From contig CAJQQM010000061.1 of assembly GCA_905480485.1 (NCBI GenBank), positions 3,704-67,703 of the forward strand: a stretch of DNA of 64,000 nucleotides, in the 5' to 3' direction. The position numbers and the translations under genes were made by a program. Position 1 is the first letter of the stretch. Each line of letters opens with the position of its first letter. Source of the DNA: an uncultured Aureispira sp. Lineage in GTDB: Bacteria > Bacteroidota > Bacteroidia > Chitinophagales > Saprospiraceae. The notes under the pieces were generated by a model that was given only the letters and a program-made list of their open reading frames with translations, ran no database searches and had not been told where the DNA came from. This document shows positions 1 to 9,614 of the stretch, in pieces.

Positions 1-1356
1 TTTTTGAACCCCTACCCAACAGCCTTTAACGATAGCCCATGGAACACAGTTAAAGAGTCTCCTAAGGCTGGATTATGCATTCGTCAAAATCAATCCCTTT
101 TATTTTCAAATACAGATTATAGCTTGGTTGATTATACTACAGAAAAGTATAAGAAATACACTGCCAAACCGTTGAATACACTAAAATGGCCTGGCGATGA
201 TCAATGGGAGATTGAAGCCGCCTTTCAAATAAATAATATCGGGGTTTTAGTTTCTAAGGGAAAGTACATCAACATCGATTTGAGTAGCCAAAAAATAATT
301 TCAGAAGTAGCTATCAAGTTGCCTAATCTTGATGATTTTGAGCAACAGTCGAGTGGTCTTCTTCAGCAACATACTCCGTCTTATCTTCGTGTTCAAGAAA
401 TAGGCGGAGCATTACTTTATACACTTGACCCTAAATTTGTACTTTTTTCAGATTCTTTGATGCAACATTCAATCGATACAACTGAAAATACTACAATTTG
501 GTTGGGCCAAAAAATAGCGGTTCAAACGCAGCATTTAGAGGATCAAAAAGAGGCAATGTATGTTTTTCTGGCTCTTTTAGATGCCTGTTGGGACAGTATG
601 CAGCACCGCCACCCCACAGTGGTTGCTTCTGCTTCGACCAAGCATTATTTCAAAGGCCGCTACCTGATTCGTATTAGTAAGGATTCAGTATGTCGTTCCT
701 TGTGTGTAGATTCTAGTGGAGGACTGCTTCTTTCTGAGACATTATTTCCAATTAATTACTTACAGCAACAATTAATGCAGGAAAATCCTTTTGTTCTTCC
801 CGATAGTTTATTTTTAGCGATGGCTACTATCAGGGGACAACATCATCCCTTGCTTAGCTTAAGAGGGGATCAACAGCAGGCAAGTAAACAGTTGTGGATG
901 AACCTTTATCTACAGCTTAATAGTAGCTATTTATTTCCGACGACCAATTTGCCCATCGACCAACAAAATGGTCGACAACTACAATCCTCAGCTATCCAAT
1001 ACCTAGGCGATTATCTCCGTCAAAAAAAGCATAGCTTTCAACTTGCTTTTGATATTCAGCATCAAGCGGTTTTGGCAGAGGCACAGCTACTATTGCCGTC
1101 AATATTTCATTATATATTTCAAAATTTCGGTAAAAATAAAGCCTACCAACGCATGTTCACAGCATTCGACTATATGGATAGACCTGAAAGGATAGAAGAT
1201 TTAATCGACAATTATTTTCTTCTGGCATGTTTTGCCGCTCAAAAAGACTTACAAAGTCTCTTCGAAAAGCAATTTAAATTTAAATTATCTGATTTTGTAA
1301 AACAAAAAATAGCAGTACTTAAGGTCAGTGAATTTAGTCTAAACGAGGAGGATTAA
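1..1356 (+). CDS. Hypothetical protein with degenerate hemopexin-like repeats; probably 5'-truncated by the window edge
   Basis: 450-aa ORF whose frame is open back to position 1. Segments YP...W...KA...F...Y..D and KPLNTLKWPG...IEAAF...KGKYINID resemble hemopexin repeats. Confidence 0.5.
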   Translation, partial: FLNPYPTAFNDSPWNTVKESPKAGLCIRQNQSLLFSNTDYSLVDYTTEKYKKYTAKPLNTLKWPGDDQWEIEAAFQINNIGVLVSKGKYINIDLSSQKIISEVAIKLPNLDDFEQQSSGLLQQHTPSYLRVQEIGGALLYTLDPKFVLFSDSLMQHSIDTTENTTIWLGQKIAVQTQHLEDQKEAMYVFLALLDACWDSMQHRHPTVVASASTKHYFKGRYLIRISKDSVCRSLCVDSSGGLLLSETLFPINYLQQQLMQENPFVLPDSLFLAMATIRGQHHPLLSLRGDQQQASKQLWMNLYLQLNSSYLFPTTNLPIDQQNGRQLQSSAIQYLGDYLRQKKHSFQLAFDIQHQAVLAEAQLLLPSIFHYIFQNFGKNKAYQRMFTAFDYMDRPERIEDLIDNYFLLACFAAQKDLQSLFEKQFKFKLSDFVKQKIAVLKVSEFSLNEED

Positions 1357-1418
1357 ACCACTATTTCATTTTTTGTAAATTTATTGATGTTTTTCTGTTG
1401 ATAGCTCAAAACTTTGTT

Positions 1419-1426
1419 TATCTTTG
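1419..1426 (+). promoter_or_regulatory. Bacteroidota sigma70 -7 element (TATCTTTG)
   Basis: Exact TAnnTTTG match followed by CA, TTG about 18 nt upstream, 75 nt before the ATG at 1502. Confidence 0.7.
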
Positions 1427-1501
1427 CACGCAATATTTAGTTAATTTTTATACTTCAATTCCTTTCTTTTGAAGTTCAGACATCAATAATTAGTCAAGTT
1501 T

Positions 1502-2188
1502 ATGGCAAACGAAAATTATGTTGAAATTCAGGACATGTCACCTGATGATCTAAAAGACAAAGCCAATAGTTTTGTAGAACAATACAAATATATAGTTCTA
1601 GGCGGTTTATTAGGCCTTTTTATTGTATGCGGAGGCTTGTATTATTATTATAAAATTCTTCTTGGACCCAAAAAATCAGAAGCTCAAGTAGAATTATACC
1701 GTGCTAATATCTTTATGGACAAAGATTCTTTTGGCCTAGCCCTTAACGGAAAAAATGTTGCTGGGCAAGCGGGTAACTTCTTGGGGTATACCGGTATAAT
1801 CGAGCAGTATTCTGGTACACCTGCGGCTAATCTAGCACATTATTATGCAGGAATAGCCACACTAAATCTAGGTAACCCTGAAGTAGCTTTATCGTTTCTA
1901 AAAGAGTTTAGCGGTGAGGAATTATTGCAGACACAAGCCTACAGTTTGATGGGTGATGCAGCCTCTGAATTGGGTGATTTTGACAATGCATTAGGGTATT
2001 ACAAAGACGCAATATCGAATACCGATAATGCAACCCTCAAAATCTATGCTATGCATAAAGCTTCTAGATTGCTAGAGCATCAACAAAAAAACACAGATGC
2101 TGTCGTTTTATTGGAACAAATCATGGATTTAGACATCCAAATTGGTGAAAAAATTGGAGCAGATAAAGATTTGATTCGTTTGAAATAA
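1502..2188 (+). CDS. Membrane-anchored tetratricopeptide repeat protein (YfgM-like)
   Basis: N-terminal TM helix (YIVLGGLLGLFIVCGGLYYYY) followed by TPR-like helices. Position upstream of ribH is the usual Bacteroidota arrangement. Confidence 0.8.
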   Translation: MANENYVEIQDMSPDDLKDKANSFVEQYKYIVLGGLLGLFIVCGGLYYYYKILLGPKKSEAQVELYRANIFMDKDSFGLALNGKNVAGQAGNFLGYTGIIEQYSGTPAANLAHYYAGIATLNLGNPEVALSFLKEFSGEELLQTQAYSLMGDAASELGDFDNALGYYKDAISNTDNATLKIYAMHKASRLLEHQQKNTDAVVLLEQIMDLDIQIGEKIGADKDLIRLK

Positions 2189-2214
2189 TCGAAACTTTCA
2201 CAATACATAAGAGC

Positions 2215-2254
2215 AGAGGCAAGAGGACGTAAACGTAATCTTGCCTCTTTTTTT
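2215..2254 (+). terminator. Intrinsic terminator between TPR gene and ribH
   Basis: AGAGGCAAGA / TCTTGCCTCT perfect 10-bp inverted repeat followed by a T run. Confidence 0.65.
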
Positions 2255-2279
2255 AATAAATAAACTTAAAAAAAAAGCG

Positions 2280-2801
2280 ATGAGTAGTAAAGACAAAAAT
2301 TTGTCACAATACGACGAAACAAATTTACCGGATATTAGCAAGTTTAGTTTTGGGATTGTTGTATCCGATTGGAACGAAAAAATTACCCACGCCTTGTATG
2401 AAGGATGCTACGATACGCTTCTAAAACACGGAGCAAATAAAGATAATATTCATACTGTTCAGGTTCCTGGTACGTTCGAACTACCACAAGGAGCAAGAAT
2501 TTTGGCCAAAAATAAAACCATTGACGTTACAATATGCATAGGCTGTGTCATCAAGGGAGAGACAAGTCATAATGAATATATAAATATGTCGGTGGCACAA
2601 TCGCTACAAAACATGGCTCTAGCTTCTGCTAAGCCGTTTATATTTGGAGTTTTAACGCCTAATACCATGCAACAGGCACTTGACCGGGCCGGTGGCAAGT
2701 ATGGTAATAAAGGGGTAGAGGCTGCAGTAACAGCAATTCGAATGGCTGCTATAGACAGCGAACTAAAAGGGGGTAACAGTACAATAGGTTTTGGCCATTA
2801 A
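2280..2801 (+). CDS. ribH: 6,7-dimethyl-8-ribityllumazine synthase
   Basis: Motifs GIVVSDWN, VPGTFELP, GCVIKGETSH, FGVLT, NKGVEAA. Start moved to the ATG at 2280 after an A-rich leader. Confidence 0.95.
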   Translation: MSSKDKNLSQYDETNLPDISKFSFGIVVSDWNEKITHALYEGCYDTLLKHGANKDNIHTVQVPGTFELPQGARILAKNKTIDVTICIGCVIKGETSHNEYINMSVAQSLQNMALASAKPFIFGVLTPNTMQQALDRAGGKYGNKGVEAAVTAIRMAAIDSELKGGNSTIGFGH

Positions 2802-2825
2802 ATCATGTTTTAAAAATAAATAAGG

Positions 2826-3689
2826 GTGAAGTTATCAGTAATAGATACAGGTTATTTTAAGTTGGATGGTGGGGCAATGTTTGGTGTTGTTCCCAAAAAA
2901 TTATGGTCAAAACTCGAAACACCGGATGAAAACAATCTGTGTACTTGGGCTATGCGTTGTTTGCTTGTAGAAATAGATAACCGTAAAATTTTGATTGATA
3001 CGGGGATTGGCAATAAGCAATCCGAAAAATTCTTTTCGCATTTTCATCCGCATGGCAACGATTCTTTAGCTTCAAGTTTGGCTAAGATAGGACTGCAACC
3101 AGATGATATTACCGATGTTGTGCTGACACATTTACATTTTGACCATGTTGGCGGTGCTGTTATTCGTGCAAACAACGAACAGCTATTACCCTTCTTCAGC
3201 AATGCGAAATATTGGTCTAATCAAGCGCATTACGACTGGGCCTTTAGGCCAAATGCGCGCGAAAAAGCTTCTTTTCTCAAAGAGAATTTTGTGCCCTTGC
3301 AGGAGGCGGGTGTTTTGCACATGTTGGATGTATTGCCTTATAATCATACCTTATCGTGGATAGATGGTATCGATATAGGCTATGCTTACGGACATACTGA
3401 AGCCCTGATGACACCTAAAATCAAGTATCAAGGCCAAACTATTATATATTGTGCCGATCTATTGCCCTCTCCTTCGCATGTTTCGATGCCTTATGTGATG
3501 GGATATGATATTCGCCCACTACAAACACTCCTCGAAAAAGAATGGTTTTTGAATAAGGCTGTCGAGGAAAAGCACATTTTATTTTTTGAACATGCACCCG
3601 AAATCGAAGCCTGTACTGTAAAACGGAACGAAAAAGGTAGAATAGTGGTAGATAAAATGGGGGCATTAGCTGATTTTGTGCAGCTTTAA
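2826..3689 (+). CDS. MBL-fold metallo-hydrolase (YtnP-like)
   Basis: THLHFDHVGG metal-binding motif, FKLDGGAMFGVVP N-terminus, GHT motif. GTG start. Confidence 0.9.
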   Translation: MKLSVIDTGYFKLDGGAMFGVVPKKLWSKLETPDENNLCTWAMRCLLVEIDNRKILIDTGIGNKQSEKFFSHFHPHGNDSLASSLAKIGLQPDDITDVVLTHLHFDHVGGAVIRANNEQLLPFFSNAKYWSNQAHYDWAFRPNAREKASFLKENFVPLQEAGVLHMLDVLPYNHTLSWIDGIDIGYAYGHTEALMTPKIKYQGQTIIYCADLLPSPSHVSMPYVMGYDIRPLQTLLEKEWFLNKAVEEKHILFFEHAPEIEACTVKRNEKGRIVVDKMGALADFVQL

Positions 3690-4265
3690 CAAGCGATAGA
3701 TAATCTCTTTACGGATGCTTCGAACAGCTGCAGGCGCTAAATCTTCTATATGCAGGTCTTCTATCCGATGTCGGACCAAACGCAATGTAGGATAACCTAT
3801 TTTGGCGGTCATTCTACGGACTTGCCTGTTTTTGCCTTCGGTCAAGGTTATACTCAGCCAGGTAGTTGCTATGTTTTTTCGAAATCGAATCGGCGGATTG
3901 CGGGCTGCTAAAGGGGCATTTTCCAATATAAAGGCATCAGCGGGCAGGCATTGATGTATTTTCTTTTTTATTTTTATTTGTAGGTCCGTTTGTAACATTT
4001 GCAAGGCCTGTACGGTGGGAATGCCTTCTACCTGCACCCAATAACTTCGCTGATGTTGATGCAGTGGGTTAAGCAGTTTGTCGGTCAGCGCTTTGTCATT
4101 GCTTAAAATCAACAAACCCTCCGAATCTTTGTCTAACCTTCCTACCGGATAGATGTCTTTTTTGAAAGGTAAATTCAAATCGGCCAAACTTTGATGTTGT
4201 TCTAGTTCTTTGCTGAATTGTGAAAGCATTCCGTAAGGTTTGTGCAGAATGTAGTATTCTTTCAT
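3666..4265 (-). CDS. rluE: 23S rRNA pseudouridine synthase, RluE type
   Basis: KPYG, GRLDKDSEGLL (catalytic Asp), RNPPIRFRK, EGKNRQVRRMTA. Start set at ATG 4265, which overlaps the CHAT stop (ATGA). 24-bp convergent overlap with the MBL gene. Confidence 0.88.
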   Translation of the reverse strand: MKEYYILHKPYGMLSQFSKELEQHQSLADLNLPFKKDIYPVGRLDKDSEGLLILSNDKALTDKLLNPLHQHQRSYWVQVEGIPTVQALQMLQTDLQIKIKKKIHQCLPADAFILENAPLAARNPPIRFRKNIATTWLSITLTEGKNRQVRRMTAKIGYPTLRLVRHRIEDLHIEDLAPAAVRSIRKEIIYRLLKLHKIS

Positions 4266-7200
4266 GCTTGTTTGCGACTTGAATGAAAATAATAGACCGA
4301 GCCTAAAGATAAACAAATTCCTGCTAATATTAAGCCCCAATATTCCAGCAACGTACCAAAAAATGTTTTTGTTTTTATGGATAGGGGTTCGGTATTTCCC
4401 ATTTGTATGTAGCAGGCCCACAAAGCAGGATGAGAGAGTAGGTCGTCATTTTCTTCTAGATATTCCAATTTGGCCCATTTCATTGCTTCGTCTTTATCCA
4501 TGCCCTTGTTTAAAGCTTGGTAATAATTTTCAATAATTTGAGAACCAGAATAATCATTTAAACTCCATAAAGTCATGACCAAACTAGGGGTGCCCGCATA
4601 CATAAAGCCACGTCCAATACTCAAAACACCTTCACCCTGTTGAAATTTACCGACCCCTGTTTCACACGCTGACAAGACTACTAAATCAGGGTTGAGTTGC
4701 ATATTTTGAATTTCATAGGCATACAATATATCATCCTCCGAAGAAGAAGGGGCCTTATCCATCACTAAACTCGAAAATTTAGGGTATTCGTTGTTGACCA
4801 AACCATGCATGGCTAGGTGTAAGACATTAAACTTTGGTGCCTCTTTTTTGAAGGCGGCTTCGTTTGCAGCTTCTTTGTATAGGTAACTGCCCGCAAAATG
4901 ATTTTGTAAGAATTCGACTTCGCGGATAGCGCCCGGCAAACTTGCCAAATCTTCTCGAACCACATTTCCGTTTCTGAAAGCACTGCTTACATACAAACTA
5001 TAGCCGGGAGCCAAAGCAAGCACTTCGAGGTTTTTGTTAGATGGTTTTTGGTATAGTTGCGCATACAACAACGCGGCAGAATAATTATAACTTATCGTAT
5101 ACTCTTTAAGTAGGTAGGGAAGTTGTCCAAAGTTGATGGTTTTGCTATTCTGCGGTACTGGACTTATTTCTTGATTAATTAAAGCTTCAAAAGGAATAAG
5201 ATTAAGGCGACCATCTGGGATAATGATGAGTTTTTTTCTATCCGAACGTAAAATATCCTCAAGTAATATTTTGTATAAAGAATAACCGGTCGTCGATAAT
5301 TTATAATGCATTTCAGCCGGACTTTCGTTTACCGAACGAATATCGGTGACCGCCTGTTGGAAACGATCGATTTGTAATTGATAATCAGCATTTAAAGCTA
5401 TGTGTTTTAGTTCAATTGATTGTCGATTGATACCAAAAATATATAATTTTTCTTGTCCTTCAAAAAACTCGATAACTTGGGCGTCTGATGGTATGGAATT
5501 TTGTATAGCACGCATTCCGGTGGTTTCTCTACTGTACTTAATAGCATAATATTGAGGGTAACTACTTTCAAATAAATGGATGAGTTCGTCGAGTTGATGT
5601 TTTAAACCAAAACAGCGTTCATCGAGTTGTTTGGCTGCAACTATATTAGAATCTCGAATAGCTTCAAAACGCAATTTTTCGAAGTGCATTAGCTGCGTGC
5701 GTAACTTTTTTTCTTTTTTTTGTAAATGTTGAGGGATGACTTTACTTTTAGCATCTGATTCGTGCCAGGTATCTGCCATCAACATGGATTTGCTTTGTTC
5801 AGAAAATCGGAAAGCTGCGTCTAAGTAAAAGGAATCGAGGGTAGTTTCGAACAGTTCAACGGCCGTAGCGATCGCTTTTTCGTACAAGGACAAAGAAGTT
5901 TTGTTGAGTAAGTTGATTTTGGACCCTTCGTTTTTCATACTTCGGTTGTGTTCGGTCAAGGCCTCAGTAGCAAGTTGTGCACATTTATATAGTTGCCGGC
6001 CTTCGATAAGGGTAATGTCTTTTTGATACAAGGTTTGCATAAGGGCCAATTTTTTTTGTAGCAGTTCAATCAACTTGCCTTTGTCTTGAACATTGCTAAG
6101 TAGTGGGTTGGAAAAGCCTTTAGGGTCGTCAAAATTGATACTAATCGAAGCAAGGGCCTGTTGCAAATAGCCTAATGCCCGGCGATATTGTTTTTTCTTT
6201 TGTGTAATATTGCTGTATATAGTGTAGGCACCGGCCATGTATTCGCTTTTTGGCCCATAGGTTTGCTGCAAACGATTGAGGGATTGTTGAATAGATTTTT
6301 CGGCCAAAATGAAGTTGTCTTGCTGAAGGTATATTTCGGCAAAACATTGGTCTGTAAAGCCGGCACGGTAGTCAAAATTGGAATTGATTTGGGCACAGCG
6401 TCGACTGTATAGCAGGGCTGAATCCAATTGGTCTTGACTCAAAAAACAATCAATGATATTTTGATAATTATTGATTAAATCAATTTTAATATCATCGCTT
6501 GCTGCACATTCTTGCAGCAATCCCAATGATTTTCTGAAATAAATAAGGGCTGAGTCGCGTTGCTGCAATTCCATCAGGTTGCTGCCCATATTGTAGGTGA
6601 TTCTAGCCTGAAGGGTTTTGTCGGCTGCCGTCATTTGCAGAGCTTTTTGATAATAACGCAGGGCATTCGAATAATCGTCGATACAGCTGTAGGTGGTGGC
6701 TAGGTTATTGTATTCATAGGCTAATTCAAGGGTCGATTGTGCGTTTAATAACAAATCGATACGTTTCAGGCTCGTTTTGATAGCCTGTGGGTAAAGGCTT
6801 AAATCGGTGTAGACGACGGTCTGTAAATTGTATATTATAAGTATTTCTTCTTCTACAGTATGCCCATTTTGTTTGCAGGCTTTTAGAAAGGCTGCCGCCT
6901 CTTCAATGTATTGCTGCGCCTCAAACAATTTTTCTTGGTTGTAGCGGTCGTAGGCTAGGTAGAGGTTGAGGGTCAGGGCAAATTTGGGTTGTTGCTGTGC
7001 TTCAAAGATACGGATAGCCCGGCCGTAATGTAGTTGCATCGAATCATCAACCGCCGCATGCCCGTAGGCATAGGCAAGGGCCCCTTCGTAGAGTCCTTCT
7101 ATATCTTCGGACGATTCTTGTGTTCGGTAGCCACTTAGCTGCGCTAATTTGCTTGACAGGCTAGGGCCTTCTTCTTGTACAATTACAGCAAAGATATCCT

Positions 7201-7432
7201 GATAGATTTGCAGGGCTTGTTGTGCATAACCGGCCTTTCGGTAAGCTTTTTGCAAGTTTGCATAGCTAGCAAGGGCGGCTTTGCTATTCCCCGCATAAAA
7301 TTGCGCTTCGGCTGCTTTTTTTTGTTCTTCAAAGGCTTGTAGCCGCGCGCTGTCGGTGTTTGTAGGCTGCTGAAAGGCACAACATACAAAAGAACCTAGC
7401 AGTAGCAAAAATATAAAAAACAGTTTAGGCAT
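4262..7432 (-). CDS. TPR + CHAT (caspase-like) domain protein with signal peptide and C-terminal TM anchor
   Basis: Hydrophobic N-terminus, TPR arrays (YNNLATTY...ALRYYQKAL), CHAT motifs IIPDGRLNLIPFEAL, LHLAMHG (His), VLSACETG (Cys), HPALWA, then a C-terminal hydrophobic helix and basic tail. Confidence 0.9.
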   Translation of the reverse strand: MPKLFFIFLLLLGSFVCCAFQQPTNTDSARLQAFEEQKKAAEAQFYAGNSKAALASYANLQKAYRKAGYAQQALQIYQDIFAVIVQEEGPSLSSKLAQLSGYRTQESSEDIEGLYEGALAYAYGHAAVDDSMQLHYGRAIRIFEAQQQPKFALTLNLYLAYDRYNQEKLFEAQQYIEEAAAFLKACKQNGHTVEEEILIIYNLQTVVYTDLSLYPQAIKTSLKRIDLLLNAQSTLELAYEYNNLATTYSCIDDYSNALRYYQKALQMTAADKTLQARITYNMGSNLMELQQRDSALIYFRKSLGLLQECAASDDIKIDLINNYQNIIDCFLSQDQLDSALLYSRRCAQINSNFDYRAGFTDQCFAEIYLQQDNFILAEKSIQQSLNRLQQTYGPKSEYMAGAYTIYSNITQKKKQYRRALGYLQQALASISINFDDPKGFSNPLLSNVQDKGKLIELLQKKLALMQTLYQKDITLIEGRQLYKCAQLATEALTEHNRSMKNEGSKINLLNKTSLSLYEKAIATAVELFETTLDSFYLDAAFRFSEQSKSMLMADTWHESDAKSKVIPQHLQKKEKKLRTQLMHFEKLRFEAIRDSNIVAAKQLDERCFGLKHQLDELIHLFESSYPQYYAIKYSRETTGMRAIQNSIPSDAQVIEFFEGQEKLYIFGINRQSIELKHIALNADYQLQIDRFQQAVTDIRSVNESPAEMHYKLSTTGYSLYKILLEDILRSDRKKLIIIPDGRLNLIPFEALINQEISPVPQNSKTINFGQLPYLLKEYTISYNYSAALLYAQLYQKPSNKNLEVLALAPGYSLYVSSAFRNGNVVREDLASLPGAIREVEFLQNHFAGSYLYKEAANEAAFKKEAPKFNVLHLAMHGLVNNEYPKFSSLVMDKAPSSSEDDILYAYEIQNMQLNPDLVVLSACETGVGKFQQGEGVLSIGRGFMYAGTPSLVMTLWSLNDYSGSQIIENYYQALNKGMDKDEAMKWAKLEYLEENDDLLSHPALWACYIQMGNTEPLSIKTKTFFGTLLEYWGLILAGICLSLGSVYYFHSSRKQA

Positions 7433-7492
7433 AGTGTTGTACTTGAATGCTGTTTGGTAGAATAGGCAGCAAGGCTTTGACTCTGTTTTGTC

Positions 7493-7529
7493 AAAAAAGC
7501 CACCTCCAAGACTTCGGAGGTAGCTTTTT
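7493..7529. terminator. Hairpin terminator with A/T flanks downstream of the 113-aa gene
   Basis: AAAAAAGC-CACCTCC...GGAGGT-AGCTTTTT inverted repeat. Confidence 0.65.
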
Positions 7530-7572
7530 GGGGGTTTAGGGTAGGCTATTCAAGGCTATTTAAACAGTATTA

Positions 7573-7914
7573 TTAGGCCTCTGTCGGTACCTTCGCTGCT
7601 TGAATAGTTACTTCTTGAGTTTTCTTACGAGCTATTTGTTCGTTTGCGGCGTCTTTCATCGTGGCGGTCATCGGGTATTGAAGGCCGACAGCATTTTCGC
7701 TAAAATTAAAAGTACCCTTAAAAATACGGTCCTCTCCCGATGTGGAATCAAAGGTCAGGATAACTGGATTCGGCGTCGCTGTAGGTTGGCCTTCGTCGTT
7801 GATTGATACGTCTACGGTATTGACCTCGCTGTTGTTAGGGTTACCTACCGGTACAGTGATAGTATAGGTCCCTTTTTTCTTTTTGGCTGAGGCAATAGTT
7901 TTGATAAGTGGCAT
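7573..7914 (-). CDS. Small hypothetical beta-rich (Ig-like) protein
   Basis: 113-aa ATG ORF with its own downstream terminator and alternating beta-strand pattern (TYTITV, YPMTATMKDA, EVTIQ). No signal peptide. Confidence 0.7.
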   Translation of the reverse strand: MPLIKTIASAKKKKGTYTITVPVGNPNNSEVNTVDVSINDEGQPTATPNPVILTFDSTSGEDRIFKGTFNFSENAVGLQYPMTATMKDAANEQIARKKTQEVTIQAAKVPTEA

Positions 7915-8270
7915 AGGATAAAATAGTTAGTAAAGTACTCGTGTAAGTACTTTGGGTTAGTAATAATTTGCTCATATTTGTTAATGCGCGGCTTGGGAAA
8001 AAGTTACCGCAAAGGTGGGAAGAAGCTGGGGGATTGTGACAGATTAAAAATAATGATTTATGGTTCGTAGAATCTATAATCTATTGGTAACAAACATAAT
8101 GATTGGTCCAAATCTAATAAAAAAATCTATTTTTATAACATTTGTGATAAAAAAAATATTAAAAAAAATGCATATGTGATTTGGCTACTACCAAAAGTTA
8201 ATGCAAAAACATCAAAAATATACTTCAAAAAAAAAGCCTCAAATCTCGACATTTAAGGTAATTTTTGACG

Positions 8271-8753
8271 TTAGACCATCTTAGCATGCCAACTTAGGGC
8301 TAGTTCAACTTCCCATTTTTGCAGCAATTCCTTTTTGGTTTGGACCAAATTATTAAAAACGATGGTTTGGTCGTTGATTTTCCCTGCGGCGTACAATGTT
8401 GCAAACTCGCTACGTGTGGAACAGCGTATTTGATGGTCGTCTGCTTTCCAGGCAAACTTTAGACGGTCAAAAAGATTGATGTTGAATTCTTGTTCTAGAT
8501 TTTTGAGAAAGGCAACTGAACTGTCTATTGAACAACCACTCGGTGCTTCATATTGTTCGTCGACAGCCAAGAGTATAAACTGTTGATACATTATATTAGC
8601 ATGTGCATTCAACGATTTTTGATGGCTTTTCCAGCTTTGTATAAAATCTCGCAACTTTTGTTTGATAAGCAATGTTTCTGCATCGGTCAAAACGCGGTCG
8701 CTTTGATATATCCAAACCCTGGAATGGTCGGGCATTTGTTCGAAAAGCTGCAT
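8271..8753 (-). CDS. Conserved Bacteroidota hypothetical protein (often mislabelled ABC transporter ATPase; no Walker A visible)
   Basis: SRVWIYQSDR...W.SH...SGCSIDSS...LFDR motifs. Start set at ATG 8753, just after the upstream stop. Confidence 0.75.
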   Translation of the reverse strand: MQLFEQMPDHSRVWIYQSDRVLTDAETLLIKQKLRDFIQSWKSHQKSLNAHANIMYQQFILLAVDEQYEAPSGCSIDSSVAFLKNLEQEFNINLFDRLKFAWKADDHQIRCSTRSEFATLYAAGKINDQTIVFNNLVQTKKELLQKWEVELALSWHAKMV

Positions 8754-8754
8754 G

Positions 8755-9552
8755 TTAATATTGATTGGATTGTACAATTAATTCGGATAAATCAAGGACC
8801 ATGATACTATCTTGTTTTTCTTTTTCTTTGATACCATCCTGTAACATGGTAATACAAAAAGGACAATTAGCAGCAACAACATTGGCATTTGTATCCAAAA
8901 TTTGTTCAGTACGGGCAGTGTTGATACGTTTGTCACCTTTTTCATCTTCTTTAAACATTTGTGCCCCACCAGCCCCACAGCACAAGCCTCTACTTTTGTT
9001 TTCTGCCATTTCGTTAAGAGAGGCATCCAATTCCTTTAATAAATTACGCGGGGCTTCATAAATATCGTTGGCCCTTCCTAAATAGCAAGAATCGTGGTAT
9101 GTAATGGTTTTGCCCTTAAAGGCACCACCGTCTACCTTTAACTGACCGCTATCGATAAGTTGTTGTAAATATTGTGCGTGGTGCAAAACTTCGGCTTCGT
9201 ACAATCCAATTTTAGGATATTCATTCTTTAGGATATTAAAACAATGCGGACAAGTAGTAACGATAGTACCCACTTCATAACTGTTGAGGGTCATGATGTT
9301 TTCCTGTGCTTTCATCTGAAAAATAAACTCATTACCCGCCCTTCTAGCAGGGTCTCCGGTACAAGATTCTTCTTTACCCAAAACAGCAAAGTTGATATTG
9401 AGTGCGTTCAAAATTTTGCAAAAGGCTACTGTTATTTTTTGGGCGCGCTGATCAAAACTTCCAGCACAACCTACCCAAAATAATACATCAGGCTTCTTTC
9501 CCTCGGCGTGCAAATCGGCCATGATGGGCACATTCAATTTTTTAGTTTCCAT
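8755..9552 (-). CDS. CCG-domain Fe-S oxidoreductase subunit (GlpC/HdrB-like)
   Basis: WVGCAG, ESCTGD, TCPHC, YHDSCYLGR, CCGAGG, NCPFC cysteine-rich motifs. Confidence 0.9.
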   Translation of the reverse strand: METKKLNVPIMADLHAEGKKPDVLFWVGCAGSFDQRAQKITVAFCKILNALNINFAVLGKEESCTGDPARRAGNEFIFQMKAQENIMTLNSYEVGTIVTTCPHCFNILKNEYPKIGLYEAEVLHHAQYLQQLIDSGQLKVDGGAFKGKTITYHDSCYLGRANDIYEAPRNLLKELDASLNEMAENKSRGLCCGAGGAQMFKEDEKGDKRINTARTEQILDTNANVVAANCPFCITMLQDGIKEKEKQDSIMVLDLSELIVQSNQY

Positions 9553-9614
9553 TTTTATTATTTAGATTGATTGATGATTGCTAATTTACTAAAAAAAATC
9601 GATTTCTATAAACA

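Noticed and set aside
2189-2279. FMN riboswitch upstream of ribH
   Set aside because: The spacer is only ~90 nt and lacks RFN conserved sequences; only a simple terminator hairpin is present.
4266-4421. N-terminal extension of the pseudouridine synthase ORF (and similar extensions for ribH, C25, cdaA, tamL, 8271-8777 and 11958-13166)
   Set aside because: Extensions overlap neighbouring genes or precede the conserved N-terminus or signal peptide; downstream ATGs fit better.
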